Part shown: piece after piece, positions 48,675 to 60,342 of the stretch
How positions within the stretch are numbered: position 1 is the stretch's first letter
Layout: each line of letters begins with the position of its first letter
Assembly: GCA_965178125.1 (NCBI GenBank)
Contig: OZ237766.1
Coordinates: 1-64,000, forward strand
DNA from: Bilabrum cf. latius
Taxonomy: Eukaryota
Direction: 5' to 3'
Length of the DNA: 64,000 nucleotides
Program-made: the position numbers and the translations under genes
The notes under the pieces: generated by a model
Told to the model about the DNA's origin: nothing
Database searches by the model: none
What the model saw: only the letters and a program-made list of their open reading frames with translations

Positions 48675-51614
48675 ATGGCTGGTATCGTATGCCTGCATTT
48701 TCTTCTTTTTATCTCGTTAGTAATTGTTTCCGTGAATGGAGCGTTGATGACCGATGAAGGCAAGCCAGTGGCCACAGACGGATACTTTCTTGACGTGGCG
48801 ATGCGTCTCTCGAAAAGGGCTGGCTCTGATCGCGTGGTGCTGCTTTAGGGTGCAACACGCTAGATTGGATCATCATCAAGTTGCATTGCATAGACAGCTG
48901 CTCTTGCTGCCTGCTCAGTTGCCCACGCCGGCGATGTTAGTCATTGCAGTTCTGAGCAGCGGGCGTACATGCGCTGCAAGCGAACAGGAACGCCAGTTCA
49001 CGCAGTGGACCCATTTGTCTCGCAACCTGCCACTGCTAGTCCAGCGAAAGGATTGACAGAGACCGTCGGTGCGTCGGACTCGCAGCAGCCCGCAGTTCCA
49101 AAGCAAGTAGCCCCCGAATCACCAGCCCAGCAGGAGCAGGCAGCGGCCTCCATGTACATGGGCGCTGTCGAGGATGCGGATCAACGCCTTGCCGTGCTTA
49201 AAGGCGCGCTTGGACAAGGGGGCATGCGCTCTCAAGACCATTTGCAGGACGCGCTTGCGGCCGTGGAGGGGCATGGTGCCTCTGCGCGATTCGCTGGAGC
49301 TGCCAGGGGCAGGAGCAGGAGCACGGCGGGTGCCTCTGCTGCCGGTCAGAGCAGAGCCTAGCACTCTGTAGCAGACGCGCAGGGCATCCGGGAGGCCCGC
49401 GCCCGAGAAGCGGTGTTGTCCAAGGCAGGCGCAGCCGCGACCGACACGGGGGTTGCAACCGGGCTGGGGTCCTCTGCAGTCTCCGCTTGCGTGAATCTAG
49501 GGACGTGCCCGCCCGCCGTCTTCGGCAAGCCGCCGGCCACGGGCCCGCCGGGTGACCCCCCGAGCGCGGGCGCCCCCCAGCTGACTGTGTCCATGCCCGG
49601 GATCGGTCCCCTGGGCCCTAACCTCAGCGGCATGGCGGGCATGATCATAGGGGCTCTGATTCACGGGATTGTGGGGCCCGAGGTGATAGAGGCAGTGCAG
49701 CAGTTCCTGGCCAAGATCATGGCGCAGATGCCCATGATCCTGCGGCAGGTGCTCATCGAGGGGGGCAATGCACAGGCACTGGAGATGATCCAGCAGATCC
49801 TCGCGCGGCTCCCCGACGTGCTGGCGCTCATCAAGCGCATCAAGGGGCTCGTGCTGGCCATCCTGGCACAGGCTGAAGCGGCCGTAAGGAGGGCCCTGGC
49901 TGCCGCTCGCATGGCGCTGCTGCTGGCCCAGGAAGCCGCCAGGCGACTCCGGGCTGTGCTGCAGCAGCTGCTGGCCGCCATCCGCGCCGCCCTTCTAACT
50001 GCGGCTGCCCTGGTCGACGCCGGGCCCGGGGGGATGGAAGCGGCTGGACGTGTGGCCCAGGGCGCTCTTGGAGGCGGCTCTGGTGTCCTGCTGCCCGCCT
50101 CCGTGGAAGACGCAGACCGGCTGGCCCGTGCGAGGGCTGATGCAGAGGGCAGCGATGCACTGGCGGGGGCGGGGCTGCAGGGAGGTGGGCCCGGCGGGGG
50201 TGGGTATGGAGGGTCGGAAGATGGCTTCCGGCTGGGGCTCGACGAGGAGGGGCTGCGTGAGTTCGGTGCGGCGCTGGGGCCCGCTGCGCTGGAGGCTGCT
50301 GCCCGCGGTCTGCTCCCGGGGGTGGGTGCTGAAGGGGAGGGGCGGGTGGACGTGGGGCGGGCGAGCGAGGCGGCGGGGCGCATGCTGGGGCAGGTGAGGG
50401 GGGCGCTGAAACAGGCGGCCACGGAGGTGGTGCGGCGGGTGCAGGAGGCCGAGCGGGCGCAGCGTGCGCTGGCGGCAGCGAGGGCGGGGGCGATGGCGGC
50501 GGCAAGGCGGGCTGAGGATGCTCGCCAGGAGGCAGAGGCGGCGCAGCTGTTTCTGGGCGGGAGCAGGGGCACGCGGGGAGGTGGTGAACCTGCGGATGCA
50601 TCGGGTGACGGCATGTCCGGCCCTATGGGAGGAGGGGAGTCCAATGGGTCCCTGCCTCTCAGGGTGGGAGGCGTGTCACCGGGCACTGTGCTGCCCGGCG
50701 TGGCATCGTCTGGGCTGGGGCACTGGGACCCCAAGGAGGCGGCAGGGGTGGCTGATAGAGCCACGGCTGCCTCTGTAGATGCGCTGCGGAGAGGAGCGGA
50801 TGCCGCTGCTGAGGCTGAGCACCGGCTGGCAATGGCTCGTCTGGTGGAGCACGCCAAGGGCGGGGTACCTGCCTTCGATCGGCGGCAGCAAGCGGAGGCG
50901 GAGGGAGGCGGGGATCGAACAGAGGAGCAGAAGCAGCAAGCAGGGACTATCGCAGGATCCGCCGCACTGCTGCAAGCCATGGCAGGGGCAGGGGCAGGGG
51001 CACAGCCCGAGCCGGCGCCTCCCCGCGGTGGCGTGCTTGCGGAGATCATCCATGCAGAGGCCTCCAAAGCAATCACCTCGGCGGTTTTGGAGGCGGCGGG
51101 CAAGCAGGCGAGGGCAGTGGCAGTGCCTGCCCTGGTAGACGCAGGGGCGGGGCCTGCGGCAAGGGCCGTGAGGGATGATGCTGCCGCTGCGATCGCGGAG
51201 GGGCTGGCTGCGGCTGTGCCTGCCGCCGCTGCTCCCGCCCTTGCCGAAGCTCTCGAGCGGCAGCTGCCCCCCGTGCTGCGAGCCTCCGTGACCCGCGCGC
51301 TGACCCACCTGCTGACCCGGGCGGTGACGCACACGCTGACGCAAGCCCTGCCCCCCATCCTGGGGGCTCGCGGGGGGTTCGGACCTAGTGGGCCTGGAGG
51401 GTTATGGGAGGAGGATGGGGTAAGTGGGGGTGGTGCAGAGTCGGGGATGTAGCCTTTGAGGGGCGTGCCCGGGGACGTGCGAGGGAGCACCCGCCGGTCG
51501 GCCTGGCTGGCGGCGGAGGCAGCGTCGGACACGATGGCCAGTCTCGCGGTTGGGGGGGTGCCAGAGGGTGCGGAGGGCGAGGGCAACGGGGGCCAAGGCA
51601 GCCAGGGAGGTTAA
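48675..51614 (+). CDS. Hypothetical secreted Ala/Gly-rich protein (~979 aa) with a twin CX9C motif
   Basis: Signal-peptide-like MAGIVCLHFLLFISLVIVSVNG; single frame through 5 TAGs to TAA 51612. Confidence 0.7.
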
Positions 51615-51861
51615 AAGGGCAAGTCAAGTATTAACTTTGTATCGTTGATTCGGTCCACGTGCGACACGATGCTCCGAAGCTAGCATGGCTGCGACCGCGT
51701 GCCGATGGCTACTGCAGTTGCGACGATCATCCACTGGCAATGGCCACAGCCAACGGACCCAACTGCAACTACTGTCAGTTTCGGTTGTTGCCGAATACAG
51801 AGGCCTTAATAGCCAGTAGTTCATATTAAAATAACGTTATTCTGCACGATCCCTGGATTTA

Positions 51862-54777
51862 ATGGCTGAGCTGCCTCAAGGTGAAGGAGCTGGGTGTGTG
51901 TCCCAGTCTGGACACAACTCGCGAGGAGCAATCGCTAAGCAAGCTGCTGGATCCCAGGCGACAGCCGAAGATGAGTAGACCGGCACACCACATGAATCGC
52001 TTTTTCGGTTCGATCGAGACATTACTGTGGTTTGGGATACATCGGCAGCACAAATGGCTTCTCGCGCCAGATACCAGGCTGCCTCTCGGTTGCTGAGTGC
52101 AGTGGTAGCCGGAGCACAAGGGGGCGGGCTGATTGTTGCTGAAGATATACCACTATGGATGGCTTCCATTGCGGCCGCTGGGTCGTGCTTCGCGCCTCCG
52201 GCAGCGGCCTGGGTGCCGCCTGCGCCCACAACCATCCCTCCCTCCAGCATTGAAATGTGCCCGCCCTGGTGGCGAGCCATCCTCTCGCTCACAAGGCCTA
52301 AGGGGTACATTGATAGGGAGCTCAGTAGCGTTGGCACACACGACTTGCTGAGCGGCTGCTACCGGCGTGCCTGTCTGTGTTTGCCCCCAGACGTGCGCGG
52401 CAGCAGGACCAGTGCTGGGGAGCTGCCCCCCGGTGCTGGCGTTAGCAAAGAGGACACGCGCTTGAGTGGTAACCTGGACCGTGCAATCGTCACACTGGAC
52501 CGCGCGCGAGGTCTCTCCGACGTGGGTGCAGCCATGCGGGCCCAGCTGCTGGGGGCCTCTCCGCACCCCGCCACTGCCACTGCCACTGCCACCGGTCCTT
52601 GCCTGCGAACAGGTGCCTTTATTGGGGACATCGTTGGGCGAGGACAGAGTGCATCGCATGAACGTGCGCATGAGGGCTCGCAGCGGTCACACCCGTCACT
52701 GCCCTTCTTGCCGCTGCCCTTGCTGCTTGGGTCCGGTGAGTGCAGGCGGCTGCTGGCCCCCGCCGAGGAAGACCTCAGAACGGCTCTGCACCCGTTGCAG
52801 AGATGTCTCGCGAGTGCGCGGCGCCGGCAGCTAGGTTCCGCCTTGTTCCGCCTGATTCCGCCGCCCTGGCAGTTCGTGCATGCCCGTCGCCGGTGCCCCC
52901 CGAAGCCCATGCAGGAACGGCCATCGGCATGGGCCTTCTTGGCCTGGAGGGACTGGTGGTTCCGCAGGCGGCGCGGCGCCGTTTGCCTGGCGGAGGCCCT
53001 CCATCAGCGCGTCTTCCGCTGGGAGAGAGAGGCGTTCGATCGACTGCGGGGGGCGGCGGAGGAGCGGCGCCGCGCAATGGAGGCGGCAGCCAAGCAGTTC
53101 CGTCATATAGGCGGGTGGGCGCGGCGCCGCGATGGGTTTCGCAGGCTAAAGCTCTGGTGGTGGTGGCGCACCCACGCGCGGCCCATGCTGCCCCCCTGGG
53201 CCCGAGCTCTGCGGGAGTGGAGGCTGCGGCGTGCCTGGGAGGGCCTGTGGGAGAAGCTGGCGAGGAGGAGGAGGCGGGTGGCTCGACTGGCGGCACTCAG
53301 GTGCCTGCTGCGGTGGAAGAGGTACATGCGAGGGCTGGCCAAGCTGCGGTCAGTGCTGGCCAGCGTGTTTGGGGTGGGGTTCCGCCGGTGGATGTTCCGC
53401 AGGTGGAAGCACCGCGCACGAGAGCTAGCCCGGGAGCGGCGCGAGAGGAGTCGCATGTTCCCCGAGGACGAGAGGTCCGCCCGGGTGGAGCAGGAGGGCC
53501 GGGCTGTGCACTCGATCATCCGCTGGTGGAGGGGCATGGCATGGGAGCAAGCAGTGCCGGTGCTGCGGGAGGAGCTGCCGGCAGCCCCTGTGCAGGCGGA
53601 GATGGAGCCAAGGCTGGGGTTGTGCGAGTGTGTGATCGAGGCCGGGCTGAGGGTGCCATGCGCCTGGCACACTGCTTACCCGCGGGACGCACCTTGGGTC
53701 AGACTGAGGGGATCGAGCGATCGTGGAGCCAGTGGGCATGGGGGCGTGTAGGAGGGCAAGCGGAGACTCAGGGCCGATCGTCTGGCAGCCATGCGGCAGA
53801 GCCAGCTGGCACACAGCGCGCGGGTGAGGGGGGCGCATCTGCTGCGGTTGAAGAGAGAGGTGATGGTGGCGCACGGGTTCAAGACCGACAGGGGATTGGC
53901 CGGACCTGGGGGCGCCTCCGCGGGTCCGCTCGATCGGGAGAGCGCTTGTTCCCTGGGTTTACTGGGGGAGGAAGGGGGGCTACTTCCTGGTAGGGGGTGG
54001 AGATGGATGCAGAGAATGGGGCGTGACAATGCACCGCTGCAGGGCATGGGTAGGAAGGAAGAGGACGAGGGGCAAGTCGATGACGATGCTCCGTTAGGCA
54101 AAGGGGCGTAGCCTCCTGCGGGGACCATGCGCAGTCCAACCCGGGGTCATGCTGCGGACAGCCTAGGCACGCAGACGCTCTCGGATGCACTGCGTGTATC
54201 CAGAGAGTCGGGAGCCGGTCTACTGCAGGAAATCAAGTCCAAGTCGAGCACAAGTGCAAGAATAAGCACAAGATCAAGGGAACAGGGGCGTGTTCTCGCA
54301 GCACGGGCGTCCTCTCTCCGGGCGGAAGATGCTGAGGGGCGACTGGCAGTGAGTGCGCTGGGGCGGTGGGGGCACGCGCCCCTGTGGTGGGGGGCGGCGC
54401 TGCCTAACGGGTGTGATGAGGGCGATTCGTCCACCTGTAGCGACGTGACGAGTGATCTCTCCGGCACGAGAGGCAGGGGTCATACAGCAGTCCCAGGTCA
54501 AGCACAATCCCCGCAGCGGCCGAAGACCGTGGTATCTGCCAGTGGCCCCGCCAGTGCCAGCGGCAATGGCAGCAGTGCCATGCACCCCCGTGGGCCCAAG
54601 CGACGGTTCCATTCAAAGCAACCCCCTGCCCTGCGGTGCTCGCGCGGAGATCACCTGGCCCGGCGACTGCAGGCGGCGCGCGAGTTGGTGGATCGAGCCG
54701 GGGGCAGGAGCATGATGTCCTCGATGGGGGCGGTGGAGGGGCGAGCAAGTCGGTTCAGGCGAAGGAGACTGCGATGA
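51862..54777 (+). CDS. Hypothetical protein (~971 aa) with W/R-rich Sfi1-like repeats
   Basis: Three in-frame ORFs joined at TAGs; recurring F..W and L..W motifs in an Arg-rich helix; stop TGA. Confidence 0.6.
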
Positions 54778-54938
54778 AACGGTGGTTGCGCAGCGATTCA
54801 ACGTGGTAGCGAACGAACAAACGAACGAACGAACGAACTGGTGGCGATGAACCTTCGTTTTGAGCACTGCTGAGGTTCGCTCTGCAGTTGACGCCTGCCA
54901 TCATCGTGTGACGCTCCATATATTTTCGGCTCGTGAAC

Positions 54939-56286
54939 ATGTCTGCCTGGTCGTTCTTACCAGAGGTATCGCCGTTTGTGTGCTAGGTCACCACCGTGGC
55001 GTGCTTCATTTTCTGCATTGCAGCGTCTGGCTTAGGAGCTGTGAGAGATGGTTTCGATGCGCACTAGATGGATGTCGGCCAACGAGCTTGTGCTTGCAAA
55101 AGGACCGATTCTAGTGAAGTAAATTGTCAAAATTGTACCCAGTTGTGGTAGATGACCATATCTTCGGTGCTAGCTCGCATGAATGCTTGCGTGTTGTAGA
55201 ATTCCCGCACGTGCGTAATACAATTCCTGCTGCAACCGTCCCACGTCCTTGCAGGGTGGCACTCTCCCCGGTCTTATCAGCGTGGGAGAGCTTAGTGCCT
55301 AGTATTAGACCGCCATTACCCCCGCAGGGTATGCGTTCTCCATCTGGGGCGCTATATACTTTGCACTTGCCCTGCAGATGGTGCTGATCTGCCTTCCAGG
55401 ACAGGGTCAATGGGCCGCCGAGAACCTGCACCTCTGGTTAGGGGCTAACTTTGTATTAAATGGCTTGTGGATCTTCATCTGGACGAGCGAGCAGACGGTG
55501 CTGGCCGCCATCTGGCTCGCCCTCCTTGTCACCGGCACGCTCATCCCAGTGTACCGGCAGGCAGGATTCGCCTCGGAGTATTCCCCCCTCGCAACTCGGT
55601 TCCTGGGGCTTGGAGGACAAGAGGGGACCGCTGAAGAGCGCTCCCGTCTGTAGGAAGGGCCCTACCGCGCCGCGGTAGAGGCCATGGGCGAGGGCGTGGG
55701 CTCCTGGGTGCCGGCCAGCACTCGATCCGTGACCCGGTTCGGCATCAGCCTCTACCTGGGCTGGTGCTGCGTGGCGACCATCGTGGCGATCGCAGTGGCC
55801 TTTACGCCGAAGAAAGGCATCGCGAACCTGGGATGGAACCCCAGCGGCTGGGGCATGGTCGTGCTCGCGGTTGCAACCGTCCTGTCCCTGCTGGCCGTGG
55901 TGCTGCACAGGGATTGGGTGCTGCCTCTGCCCATCGGATGGGCCCTCATCGCCATCCACTGGCAGCTGCAGCCGGAGAACAGACTGTCCTACCAGCCGGG
56001 TACACCCGCCCTGGCTCGCGTGGCCCTCGGGCTTGGAATCACGTGCCTGGTGTTGGCCGCTGTGGGGGCGCTCATGTGGGTCCCTGACCTGGTGGGGTGG
56101 GTCACGGGGCAGGACCAGGAGGGCAGCGGGGCGGCCAGCGGGGGGCAGGCGGACTGGACTTCCAGCAAGCACGACTCGCTGACTGGGCCGGAGAACAAGG
56201 GCGCCGCGGTGCGGAACCCCCTGGATGCAGCGGGGGGCGTGGATGTAGAGGGGCATCCCGGGCTGGAGAGCAAAGCGGATCTGTGA
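54939..56286 (+). CDS. TspO/MBR-related multi-pass membrane protein; intron 55041-55254
   Basis: VGELSA[TAG]Y[TAG]TAITPAGYAFSIWGAIY, NFVLNGLWIFIW, ISLYLGWCCVAT; stop TGA. Confidence 0.78.
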
Positions 56287-56387
56287 ACCAGACCGTGATT
56301 TCTCTTGTCCTTGCAGTACATTGTACTGATTGAAGGTGGTCGAAAACTTAGCGTGTTAATACCCATCGCTTCATCCGCTCTCGCCCC

Positions 56388-57877
56388 TCACAGCCCCTCG
56401 AGGCTCTCTGCATCCACTGACCTCACCACGCACTTGCCCTTGTCCGCCCTGCGGCTGGGCACTCCGGGCCCCGGCCTAGGTGGGCCCAGCCACGAACACC
56501 GAGGGATGCTGCTCCCCTGCCGGGCGGAGGGCCCCGCGGACCCTTCAGCTCCCGCCCCGAAGAAAGCCTGCAGCTGGAACTGTCCCGCCAACTCTGCCGC
56601 TTCGTCCTCGTCGTCATCCCACTCGACGGCTATGCCCAGACCTCCCGCCTTGGAGTCGCTTTCACCCGACTTGGTGATGCTAGACGGGGCACCCAGCGCC
56701 TGTTCCTCGTCTTCATCATCGTCACCATCATCGTCATGATTGTCCCCGTCCTACCCGTCTCCGCCGTCCATTGGCGCCTGGCCCCCCTTGCCCCTCCCTT
56801 TCTCCATCTCTCTGCTCACACTCACCCCCGCCGCCTTGGCAGCCGCCTCCCGCGCCCCCTCCAGCAACACCCCCACAGTGCTCCACGAGAAGCGCGCCAG
56901 CCGCGGATACCCGAACACAGGGTCTACTCCCTCTCTGATCCACCGCTTCGTGTCAGGGTCTCCGGGGTAACCGCTGCCCAGGGGCTGCCCGTCCTTCGCC
57001 AGGGGAAACGCATGTGACGAGTGGAATGGCGCGGACGAAGGCACAGACTATGATGCCGGCGATGAGGTAGAGGCAGAAGCCGAGGACAAAGAAGAGGCAG
57101 ACGAGGACGAGGACGAGGCAGAGGCAGGCACGCTGGGGGCAGTGTACCCGGGGGGCAGGTACCCGGGCTCAGGAAAAGCGTAGTCTACCATGGCTGCATC
57201 CCTGGTCACCTTGGCGCAGATGCTGGCCGCACCCACCACAGGAAAGTTGGCGTCTGCTTTCTTCTCCACCGTGAAGCGCGGCGCCGGGTACCTGCCGTTG
57301 CGGAACCTCCTCTCTAGCAGGGACTTATACCTGTCTGGATCCCCCACTGTGTCTACTATCACATGAGCCACTTTCACTCCGCGCTCCTGCACGGCCCTGA
57401 CCATGCCCTCGGCCGAATCGAAGGAGAGCGCATTGAGGCTGTAAGGGTGTCTGCGGAGCATGTTGGCGCCAATCTCCCGCGCAGATATAGAGTGTACCAC
57501 GTAGCCGATCCTAGAGCCTTCGCCTTGCAATCGGGTGAGCAGGGTGCTCCGCTTTGCGTGTGTAAGCGCTTTGCTGTCGTTGAATCCAAGCTTGCGGATG
57601 GTCGCGTCGTCGCTTTCCCGCCAATACGCAGCTCCATACACCATTGGTCCTGCAAGGTGGCAGTTTACGCATGATATGCGTGCGTTCTGAAGATGAGGCT
57701 GCATTGTCTGCGCTCTACATGCCCGTGATCCTCACCAAGTACTGGCCCGCGCCCAGCCTCATCGATCCCAAGAACGACGGAATCGCCTCCACGGCATGTA
57801 TCGGGAACCGCACTAACCGTCAGCATGGAACCGTATTCATTATGTGTAATGATAGCATCTCCTGCCTCGGATTCCAT
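56388..57877 (-). CDS. RNASEH2A: Ribonuclease H2 catalytic subunit A; intron 57650-57735
   Basis: [45 protein letters not shown]; conserved [17 protein letters not shown] lies beyond TAG 57048; stop TGA. Confidence 0.95.
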
Positions 57878-57991
57878 GGAAGCCACCGTAAATATTACTG
57901 CAGAATCTGGGTATTTTTTAAATTGTGACGAACGTTCGCTTTGCTCACCGAAGGGGGAATGTCGTGGAAACCTCTCAGTGCTGGACCCGAT

Positions 57992-60244
57992 ATGCGAGCA
58001 ATGTATCTCTCGCGACAAGTATTGCTAGCATTTGCCATATATATGTGCGTTCCTCGGTGCAGTGCTTACAAGTACGAGCTCACAAGGATGGGACTGTCTC
58101 TGAACCACACGTCGCTTATACTTAGCGAGGGGCCCATGTACGCCCATCGCAAGTCTCCGTTCGCGAAACAGGACAGTTACATCAGCATTGAAATGATATC
58201 TAGCTTTGATACAGTAGACGGGCTCCCAAGGAGTCCTGTTGACTCTTGGCCGGGCGTGTATGTCCTCTTTATGGACGAGCACACCATCGAATATGTAGGG
58301 AAGCCGGCTGGTGCGCTGCAAGACGCGCTCTACTACCCAGCTACAACAGAGGTGGAAATTTGCTGTACGCAGTCGCTCTTTATGGCTGGTTAGTGCGGCG
58401 GCTCCACCCCGGGCCAGCCCATCGTGAGCGTGCCTGCAGATGTGGCTGTCTCCGATGGCCCCGTCGTCTTCTAGGTACCCGTGCAGCTCATGGCGGACGG
58501 CAACCAGAGACGAATGAGTGCCCCGAGACGTACATCGTACCAATCCCCGCGCAGGGCCTAGGAGGGCGAGTATCACCCCCTGGCGGACCTCCTGCAGCAG
58601 GCCCCCTCCGTGATGGTCGACGAGATCCAGCCAGTCGGACAGGTGCACTCGCTCAACCTGCAGTCCAGCATGCGCGCTGCTGTGACACGGGCGGGCGTGC
58701 AGGAAGCCCTAGTGGCACTGTGCCCCCAGCCCGCCATCTCCTCCTCCTCCTCTCGCCGGACCCGCCTGCTCCAGGGTACAGGCCCCTCCTCCCCGGCCGC
58801 ATCAGACGCCGGCTCGGGGCTGGTACTGCAGGGCGCGATTACGTTTGCGAATCCCTATGGGTTCCTGCCAGCCATTCGGATGGGCGACTGGCCCGTGGCA
58901 GGGGCGCTCACGATGGGGTATGCAGTGCTGCTGGTGGCATTCGGGGTGGTGTGCGTGCTTGCGTGGAGGCAAGGCAACCTCCTGCAGCTGCACATACTGC
59001 TGGCGGTGCTGGCTCTGGCAGGGCTGCAGGAGGCTGCCACGCGGTTCGGGATGTTGAACCAACGCAACATGAGCGGCAATGCCCCGTGCTGCCCTCCCAC
59101 CCCCGATTTCATCGCCTCCGAGGTGCTGGGAGTGGCCAAGCGGGCGGCCTTCAGGGGCGTCTTCCTGGCCCTGGCCCTGGGCTATGGCGTGGTGGTGACC
59201 TCATTGCCACGCACCACCTGGGTGGGGTCGGCCGTGATGCTGGCGGTCTACAGCGGTCTATCCCTTGGGTCCAACCTCGCGGCTCTAGCGACGTACACCA
59301 CCCGCGGGGGGCTCCTCGAAATCAGCGCGCTCATGCTGGACTTCTGCATCCTGGGGTGGACGTACGTCACGTTCATGTCCACCATCGAGGCGCTGCATGA
59401 GGCCGGGGAACAGGCCAAGAGGGACATGTACCTGCAGCTGCTCGGCGTGATGAGAGCCTTCGGGCTGTCGTGGATCTCTCTCGCTCTCATGGTGCTGCTG
59501 GCGCGCACCATTCCTTCCCTGCTGCCGTGGAGGTTCCTGTTCATGCTGGACGCGTTCTGGGAGATCATGTATCTGGGGCTTCTGGCGGCCGTCTGCTGGA
59601 TCTGGCTCCCGGGATAGGCCACGGCGTAGTATGCTCTGTATCAGCAGGCCATGGGCGAGGAGGGGGAGGGGCCCGATGTGGCAGAGGCTGCCAGTGGGGG
59701 CGAGGGCGAGGGCGAGGGCGAGGGCGAGGGCGAGGGTCCAGAGGGGCGGGCTGAGCGAGGCAGGGGCAGGGGTCCGGGGGCCAAGGTCCGGGCTGTAGAG
59801 ATGGCGGAGCGGGCTTAGGATGGGGATGGGAATGGAGATGGGGCGGGTGAGATCGCGATCGGTGGGGACTCGAGCGATTCGGAGTCAGAAGTTGGTGGGA
59901 GGGGCACGGCCCGCGCTCCAGCTGCTCCTGCTACTTCTGCTGTGGCTGTGCACGGGGCCAGGCGAGAGCTGGGGCCTTCCATGGGTCGGTCTGATGCGCT
60001 GGAGGTGCGCAGTACGGACATGGAGGAGGAGTTGCGCGAGGCGCCTGAGGGCAGGCTGGGGGAGATTGACCTCGGAGTGCTGGACAGCGAGGGGAGCGAG
60101 GGCGAGGGCGAGGGGAGCGAGGGCGAGGGCGAGGGTGGGAGGGGGGAGCTGCAGTTCAGCGGGCAAGCATCTCTAGGAAGGGAGCAATAGGCTGATGAAG
60201 AAATCCCCTCGCTGCAGCCACCCAAGCGCAGTGGCCGCAGGTGA
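57992..60244 (+). CDS. GPR107/TMEM87 (lung seven-TM, GOST) family protein (~750 aa)
   Basis: Signal peptide, CCT..G[TAG]C, FANPYGFLPA, several TM helices, LALGYGVV, WIWLP..YA; stop TGA. Alternative ATG at 57959. Confidence 0.85.
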
Positions 60245-60342
60245 CGAGATCATCTGCCGCTTCACCCGGAATGCCATCAGGCGTCAGGCGGCAGTGCGTT
60301 CACCTCAACTTTTGTGCAATCTCGCGTTTCTCGGGGGATTGA

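Noticed and set aside
54810-54838. (GAAC)n microsatellite; also a poly-G run at about 40462-40474
   Set aside because: Short simple repeats with no evidence of function.
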